Part shown: positions 1 to 4,111 of the stretch, piece by piece
Layout: each line of letters begins with the position of its first letter
Position numbering within the stretch: position 1 is the first letter of the stretch
Source of the DNA: a virus
Lineage: Duplodnaviria > Heunggongvirae > Uroviricota > Caudoviricetes
Direction: 5' to 3' (one strand)
DNA length: 4,111 nt
Virus record (IMG/VR): IMGVR_UViG_2778261572_000015
Made by a program: the position numbers and the translations under genes
The notes under the pieces: generated by a model
The model's database searches: none
What the model saw: the letters and a program-made list of their open reading frames with translations, nothing else
What the model was told of the DNA's origin: nothing

Positions 1-1011
1 TTATAACGTCACTCCGCCTTTTAGAGGATTCAGCGCGACGGCATTTTGCAGGTAGTCAGGCGCAAGGTGCGCATAGGCCATCGTCTGCTGAATGCTCGCA
101 TGTCCCAGAATCTGTTGCAGTGCGATTATATTGCCCCCATTCATCATGAAATGGCTTGCGAATGTATGCCGCAGGATGTGGGTTGCCTGATTGGGTGGTA
201 TATCTGGCTTCACTCTGCGTAAAATCCCGCAAAACTTCTCATAATCAACTTTGAATAATTTAGCGCTGGCCTCCTCTTTAACTTTTTTCTCCAGTTCCTC
301 AGAAATCGGCACGGTTCGCTTTTTACCGTTTTTGGTTTTCAGGAAGGTAACCCTGCAATTTGTAATCTGTGCTGGTTTTAGCGTGGCAACTTCCGTCCAT
401 CTTCCTCCAGTGCTCAGACATAAAAGTGCGACAAGTAAGTCATCACCATCCAAAACATTTAACAGTTTTTCGATTTCTGCTTTTTCCAGGAACGTCATTT
501 CAGGGTTGGCCTCCGCCAGTGGCGGCAGTCCGTGAATTGGGTGTTGCCCGGAAAATTCATCCAATTGAATTAATTTTGTGAACATGCCGGATAATCGGTA
601 CATGTCACGGTTTATCGTTGCGGCACTGATACCATCACGTAGTCGCATGGAACGATAATCCATCAAAGCTCTTTTGCTCATCCGGCTCACTGGTATATCA
701 CCTATGCCGCTGATGGTTTTGAGCAGATGATTAAACTCTTTTGTTCCATGCTCGTGGTTTTGCCCGTGATATTTCCACCAGATGTTCAGCAACTCACTCA
801 AAGTTCTGCGATCTGCTCGCTGACCTGCCCATTCTTTCTGGCTGGCGTAGGCGATTGTGTATCGCTCAAATGCTACAGCCTCAGCTTTTCTTTCAAATTT
901 CCTGCGGATGCGTTTTCCGTCGCGACCGCGAGGTCTAATGTCCACTTCATAGCGTCCATCATCGAGCTTCTTAATTGACATAAGAAAGCCCTCTGACGCT
1001 GTATTCACCAT
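1..1011 (-). CDS. int: Tyrosine-type site-specific integrase (P2 Int-like). Longest ORF is 336 aa from the ATG at 1011; an alternative in-frame ATG at 981 (MSIKKLDDG..., 326 aa) has a much better Shine-Dalgarno (GAGGG 8 nt upstream).
   Basis: Translation carries the tyrosine recombinase catalytic signature: conserved Arg in LSTGGRWTEV, then HILRHTFASHF and LGHASIQQTMAYAHL (H-x-x-R-H ... Y). Size about 330 aa and position next to a small repressor match P2-type integrases. The window starts exactly at its stop codon (TAA, complement of 1..3). Confidence 0.93.
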   Translation of the reverse strand: MVNTASEGFLMSIKKLDDGRYEVDIRPRGRDGKRIRRKFERKAEAVAFERYTIAYASQKEWAGQRADRRTLSELLNIWWKYHGQNHEHGTKEFNHLLKTISGIGDIPVSRMSKRALMDYRSMRLRDGISAATINRDMYRLSGMFTKLIQLDEFSGQHPIHGLPPLAEANPEMTFLEKAEIEKLLNVLDGDDLLVALLCLSTGGRWTEVATLKPAQITNCRVTFLKTKNGKKRTVPISEELEKKVKEEASAKLFKVDYEKFCGILRRVKPDIPPNQATHILRHTFASHFMMNGGNIIALQQILGHASIQQTMAYAHLAPDYLQNAVALNPLKGGVTL

Positions 1012-1050
1012 CTTGGTAACAAATGGTGAAAATGTAATGTTTATAGAGTG

Positions 1051-1344
1051 TTAACCAGTCTGTTTTTCGGAGTGGTCTGATTCTGTTGGTTTTTGCCCAA
1101 TGTGTGCGAGAGCCGGCGCGATCTGACCAGCTTGTGGTGACGTATCACCAGTCATTAACCAGAGCGTATATTTTTTAAATAAAGGCGTATTTGTGACTCG
1201 CATAACGATGCTGAGACCAGGGTCTTTATGCCCACTTTCGTAATTTTTGACTGTTCCTAGAGCTATCCCGCTAATTTCGCTGAATTTCGCCTGTGTTAAG
1301 CCTTCTGCTTTCCTAATCGCTTTCAGTTTTTCGAATGTCTGCAT
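1051..1344 (-). CDS. C: Phage immunity repressor, P2 C-type (97 aa, small HTH repressor)
   Basis: 97-aa ORF immediately upstream of and co-oriented with int. The N-terminal part has an HTH-like segment (LTQAKFSEISGIALGTVKNYESG). The C-terminal motif KYTLWLMTG...GQIAPALAH matches what I recall of P2-family C repressors. It faces a rightward early promoter, as expected for a switch. Confidence 0.78.
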   Translation of the reverse strand: MQTFEKLKAIRKAEGLTQAKFSEISGIALGTVKNYESGHKDPGLSIVMRVTNTPLFKKYTLWLMTGDTSPQAGQIAPALAHIGQKPTESDHSEKQTG

Positions 1345-1373
1345 TTGACAGTAACCTATTGGTGACTTATATT
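1345..1373 (+). promoter_or_regulatory. Candidate early promoter (Pe-like), sigma70 type: -35 TTGACA (1345-1350), 17-bp spacer, -10 TATATT (1368-1373)
   Basis: Read directly from the sequence: exact consensus -35 hexamer, optimal 17-bp spacer, 4/6 match at -10. It is oriented toward the cox-like operon and begins at the nucleotide after the repressor start codon, so the repressor mRNA must originate further right and read across it (face-to-face arrangement). Confidence 0.55.
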
Positions 1374-1400
1374 CCCGTTAAAAGGTTGTGTATTGGTGAC
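1357..1400. repeat. Two perfect 10-bp direct repeats TATTGGTGAC (1357-1366 and 1391-1400), candidate repressor operator half-sites flanking the -10 element
   Basis: Exact 10/10 direct repeat, centre-to-centre 34 bp. One copy lies in the promoter spacer abutting the -10 hexamer, the other 18 bp downstream of it. P2-type repressors are known to bind direct (not inverted) repeats flanking the -10 of Pe. Confidence 0.45.
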
Positions 1401-1496
1401 CTTTTGAGTGTGTTAGCCAGTCCCTAGAAAGGACAGGTGCGACCTAGAAGGGACTGGATCTAATAAGGGTAACACGAAAGCAAAAAGGGCTAATCA

Positions 1497-1769
1497 ATGG
1501 AAGTCAATGACTATGTGATTCAGTACCCGATTGATGCGGTACATACGGTTAAGTTTGCAGAGTTACTTGGTAAGCCAGAAACGGCTGTAGTCAAGATGGT
1601 AAAAGAGAATAAGTTGCCAGTTATTGAGCTTCGTGATCCAAGTAAGCCGAACGCTCGTGTCGGTGAGAAGTGGGTTTTCATTCCAGAGTTTAATCGCGCT
1701 GTACGAGAGGCGTTTTATAACCGACCAGTTGAACAGCGTGATGCATGGCTTTTGTGGATGGGGTTGTGA
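1497..1769 (+). CDS. cox: Cox-like protein (excisionase / directionality factor and repressor of the lysogenic promoter), 90 aa
   Basis: First gene of the rightward operon, divergent from the repressor. Size (90 aa) and motifs KLPVIELRDP...GEKWVFIPEFN...RP.EQRDAWLLWMGL fit my recollection of P2 Cox. Good RBS (AAGGG, 7 nt upstream of ATG 1497). Confidence 0.68.
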   Translation: MEVNDYVIQYPIDAVHTVKFAELLGKPETAVVKMVKENKLPVIELRDPSKPNARVGEKWVFIPEFNRAVREAFYNRPVEQRDAWLLWMGL

Positions 1770-1771
1770 TT

Positions 1772-1942
1772 ATGAGTGAACCGCGTTGTATTGCTCAGTT
1801 ACTGCGTAACGAAAGCCCCAGGGCGATTGACTTCACCATCACCCACGGTAAGGGGCGTAAGGGAATCATTATCCGCACCAAAAAACAGAGTCCGTTAAAA
1901 AAGGCTCTGACCTTTCTGAAAAGCCGGAGGGTATGGAAATGA
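1772..1942 (+). CDS. Small, highly basic hypothetical protein (56 aa from ATG 1772; the ORF track's longer form starts at 1745 inside cox)
   Basis: ATG at 1772 lies 2 nt after the cox stop (TGA 1767-1769), with a G-rich stretch upstream. The product has about 15 Lys/Arg and 3 acidic residues. It sits where P2 carries a small ORF between cox and B. Function unknown. Confidence 0.5.
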   Translation: MSEPRCIAQLLRNESPRAIDFTITHGKGRKGIIIRTKKQSPLKKALTFLKSRRVWK

Positions 1943-2439
1943 CAGTGATGACGCTCAATCTCGTTGAAAAACAGCCAGCAACTATGCGCCGGATAATTGG
2001 TAAGCATCTGGCCGTCCCTCGCTGGCAGGAGACATGCGATTATTATAATCAGATGATGGAACGTGAACGGCTAACGGTTTGCTTCCATGCGCAGTTAAAA
2101 CAGCGTCACGCAACGATGCGTTTTGAAGAAATGAACGACGTCGAACGTGAACGACTGGTATGTGCAATTGATGAATTGCGTGGGGCATTCTCAAAACGCC
2201 GTCAGGTTGGTGCAAGTGAGTATGCATATATTAGTTTTTTAACAGTCAGTCAGCGTCGCACTTTATTTATGCACGCACGACTGACAGAAAAAGAATTTAA
2301 CCAGCCATACTGGCGAATTAATGAAGAATCATGTTACTGGCGTGATGCTTTATTCCGTGCATTACGTGAATTATTCAGTCTGTTTGAGTATGCACCGACA
2401 ATTCTGACGTCGGTAAAACCAGAGCAATATCTGCATTAA
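1939..2439 (+). CDS. B: gpB-like early replication protein (P2 B is needed for lagging-strand synthesis / DnaB helicase recruitment), 166 aa
   Basis: Assigned by synteny and size only: P2 B is 166 aa as I recall it. The preferred start is ATG 1939 (GGAGG at 1926-1930, 8-nt spacing), which overlaps the upstream stop as ATGA (1939-1942). The ATG at 1933 offered by the ORF track has only a 2-nt spacer. Confidence 0.5.
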   Translation: MTVMTLNLVEKQPATMRRIIGKHLAVPRWQETCDYYNQMMERERLTVCFHAQLKQRHATMRFEEMNDVERERLVCAIDELRGAFSKRRQVGASEYAYISFLTVSQRRTLFMHARLTEKEFNQPYWRINEESCYWRDALFRALRELFSLFEYAPTILTSVKPEQYLH

Positions 2440-2502
2440 GTAATTAACCAGAGTTTTTAACGCACTTAATTGTGCGGGGCTTCTTTTTGCCTGGAGAAAG
2501 TC

Positions 2503-2727
2503 ATGCATACAGTTTCTGAAAATCAGTGCGGTATATACGCATTACTGCTGCAACAGGCCAGAACCGAAGCACAGGCCGACGCTGCGACGCGCTTTTCTTC
2601 TCATCTTGACGCCATGATTCGCCACATCACAAAGGCGGAGTTATCCCGCGTGGAGATAGTCGAGCTGCTCAGTCAGGAGTCGGAAAAATTTCACAATATC
2701 GGATTGTCTCGTGGGGAGGTGCTTTGA
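2503..2727 (+). CDS. Hypothetical small early protein (74 aa from ATG 2503; the ORF track's start at 2470 is a TTG)
   Basis: GGAG at 2493-2496, 6 nt upstream of ATG 2503. Its stop (TGA 2725-2727) overlaps the next start. No motif I recognise. Confidence 0.5.
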
Positions 2728-3029
2728 TGTCCTGTTCTCATTCAGTTGTATTACTGAATAACGCCTTAAAAATCGCCGTTATGGAAAATGGCGATTTGTC
2801 TCTTATTCAACTTGGTCTTGATAAAGAAAAGCGCGACATAACTGAATCTGTTATCGCGATTTATCAGAGCGAATTAAACCTCCTGTCTGATGTGATCAAT
2901 TTACTTGTGAAACGCGCTGTATTTCACAAGCAAATTTCCTCAGTGGATGAACTGACAAAATTAACGACAGAACTCGCCAGCTATTGCGCTGATGAATTTA
3001 AGAAACTGAACGACAAAAGGAACTGGTAA
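2727..3029 (+). CDS. Hypothetical protein, 100 aa, AT-rich coding sequence
   Basis: Start ATG 2727 overlaps the upstream stop (TGATG). GGGAGG at 2714-2719 gives a strong RBS. Its stop (TAA 3027-3029) overlaps the next start. Local GC is about 38-40 percent from my hand count, clearly lower than the flanking genes. Confidence 0.55.
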   Translation: MSCSHSVVLLNNALKIAVMENGDLSLIQLGLDKEKRDITESVIAIYQSELNLLSDVINLLVKRAVFHKQISSVDELTKLTTELASYCADEFKKLNDKRNW

Positions 3030-3253
3030 TGCCGGACAACGTAGATTTCATTCAGGAACAACAGGCTGAATTACTGGAGCGCCAGATTAACGCGGCAAGG
3101 GTAAAACATTGCGGTGCTTCTGCGCTGGTTTGCGAAGAGTGTGACGCGCCAATACCTGCTGCCCGTCGTGCGGCTTATCCGTCAGCCACGCGTTGTGTTT
3201 CCTGTCAGTCAGTCTTTGAAGCAAAAAACAAACATTACCGGAGAACGGCATGA
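3029..3253 (+). CDS. TraR/DksA-family C4 zinc-finger protein (74 aa)
   Basis: C-terminal CEECDAPIPAARRAAYPSATRCVSCQ...KHY carries two CxxC pairs with the PIP-x-x-RR spacing typical of TraR / lambda Orf73-type RNA polymerase secondary-channel binders. Start ATG 3029 overlaps the upstream stop (TAATG). Confidence 0.8.
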   Translation: MPDNVDFIQEQQAELLERQINAARVKHCGASALVCEECDAPIPAARRAAYPSATRCVSCQSVFEAKNKHYRRTA

Positions 3254-3525
3254 GTATTCGTATTGAAATTGGCGAACGTTATGTCGTTACCAGTGACAGC
3301 TTCCAGTTTATTCTCCACGAGAAAAAGAGAGCGGAAAGCGGTAAAAACGCCGGTCAGGAATGGCTGGCGGTGGTTGGTTATTACCCGAAATTAAGCCAGC
3401 TCGTTTCCGGCCTGATGCATCACGATATTCTGACCGGAAGCGCAAAGTCTTTTGCTGATTTAAACGCGCAGGTTGAGCAACTCAGCAAGCGTTGTTCAGA
3501 GGCTTTTGGCTCATATGGCCGTTAA
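3250..3525 (+). CDS. Hypothetical small early protein (91 aa)
   Basis: ATG 3250 overlaps the upstream stop as ATGA (3250-3253). GGAGA lies 5 nt upstream. Its stop (TAA 3523-3525) overlaps the start of the next ORF. No recognisable motif. Confidence 0.5.
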   Translation: MSIRIEIGERYVVTSDSFQFILHEKKRAESGKNAGQEWLAVVGYYPKLSQLVSGLMHHDILTGSAKSFADLNAQVEQLSKRCSEAFGSYGR

Positions 3526-4111
3526 AGCCTCCGGGCGTTTTGTCCCTCCGTCAGCATTTGCTGCAGGCACCGGTAAGGCGTTTACCGGTGCTTATGCATG
3601 GAACGCGCCACGCGAGGCTGTCGAGCGCGAAAGACCCCTTACACGTGACGAGATGCGTCAGGTGCAAGGTGTTTTATCCACGATTAACCGCCTGCCTTAC
3701 TTTTTGCGCTCGCTGTTTACTTCACGCTATGACTACATCCGGCGCAATAAAAGCCCGGTGCACGGGTTTTATTTCCTCACATCCACTTTTCAGCGTCGTT
3801 TATGGCCGCGCATTGAGCGTGTGAATCAGCGCCATGAAATGAACACCGACGCGTCGTTGCTGTTTCTGGCAGAGCGCGACCAGTATGCGCGCCTGCCGGG
3901 GATGAATGACAAGGAGCTGAAAAAGTTTGCCGCCCGAATCTCATCGCAGCTTTTCATGATGTATGAGGAACTCTGCGATGCCTGGGTGGATGCGCATGGC
4001 GAAAAAGAATCGCTGTTTACGGATGAGGCGCAGGCACATCTGTATGGTCATGTTGCTGGCGCTGCACTGAGAGATCCCCTCATAATTTCCCCAAAGCGTA
4101 ACCATGTGTGA
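3515..4111 (+). CDS. A: N-terminal portion of a gpA-like replication initiation protein; the frame closes with TGA at 4109-4111 after about 198 codons (212 in the ORF track, which starts at a TTG at 3473)
   Basis: Last gene of the coupled early operon, at the position of gene A in P2-type genomes. The ATG at 3515 (MAVKASGRFVPP...) is the likely start. P2-family A proteins are roughly 700 aa or more as I recall, so this product is either truncated or a different protein. Identity rests on synteny and recollection of the N-terminal sequence. Confidence 0.45.
   Translation: MAVKASGRFVPPSAFAAGTGKAFTGAYAWNAPREAVERERPLTRDEMRQVQGVLSTINRLPYFLRSLFTSRYDYIRRNKSPVHGFYFLTSTFQRRLWPRIERVNQRHEMNTDASLLFLAERDQYARLPGMNDKELKKFAARISSQLFMMYEELCDAWVDAHGEKESLFTDEAQAHLYGHVAGAALRDPLIISPKRNHV

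Noticed and set aside
251-978. Four plus-strand ORFs (251..535, 369..581, 727..978, 741..938) inside the integrase gene
   Set aside because: They lie entirely antisense to a well-supported integrase CDS, have low-complexity Ser/Phe/Leu-rich translations and lack ribosome-binding sites. They are most likely shadow ORFs.
1374-1496. A leftward sigma70 promoter for the repressor (Pc)
   Set aside because: I scanned the minus strand for -35/-10 pairs at 16-18 bp spacing and found only weak 3-4/6 matches, so I did not annotate a specific Pc. It is probably a weak or activator-dependent promoter within this interval.
1795-2227. Minus-strand ORFs 1795..2007 and 1982..2227 antisense to the small basic ORF and B
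   Set aside because: They are antisense to a tightly coupled operon, have no recognisable start context, and their translations are His/Cys/Arg-rich in a way typical of non-coding frames.
2470-3475. The ORF track's TTG-initiated extensions at 2470, 2724 and 3473
   Set aside because: In each case an in-frame ATG with a proper Shine-Dalgarno and a stop/start overlap lies shortly downstream, so the longer TTG forms are likely artefacts of longest-ORF calling.
3492-3824. 110-aa alternative-frame ORF overlapping the start of the A-like gene
   Set aside because: It is fully nested in the A-like reading frame, which has the better start context, and has no independent RBS.
1-4111. A phage defence island (P2 old/tin or Z/fun type hotspot), CRISPR array, tRNA or attachment site
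   Set aside because: No repeat-spacer arrays or tRNA-like structures are visible. In P2-family genomes the known variable cargo loci lie downstream of A and among the tail genes, and the attachment site lies beyond the 3' end of int; all of these are outside this window.

Overview
This window reads as the lysogeny-lysis switch and early (replication) operon of a P2-family temperate phage (Peduovirus-like prophage) in an enterobacterial background. On the minus strand are a tyrosine integrase (1..1011) and a small C-type immunity repressor (1051..1344). A near-consensus sigma70 promoter abuts the repressor start and fires rightward into a tightly coupled plus-strand operon: Cox-like excisionase/regulator, a small basic ORF, a 166-aa gpB-like protein, four small ORFs (one a clear TraR/DksA-type C4 zinc finger) and the start of a gpA-like replication initiator whose reading frame closes at the window end. 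Gene order and sizes match what I remember of P2 (int-C-cox-orf-B-orf80..83-A); this is recall plus motif reading, not a database search. I do not see a clearly novel multi-gene system here. The points worth a second look are the switch-region repeats, a hairpin over the first integrase AUG, the apparently truncated A gene, an AT-rich block of small ORFs of unknown function, and the TraR-like factor. The attachment site and any flanking tRNA lie left of position 1, outside the window.
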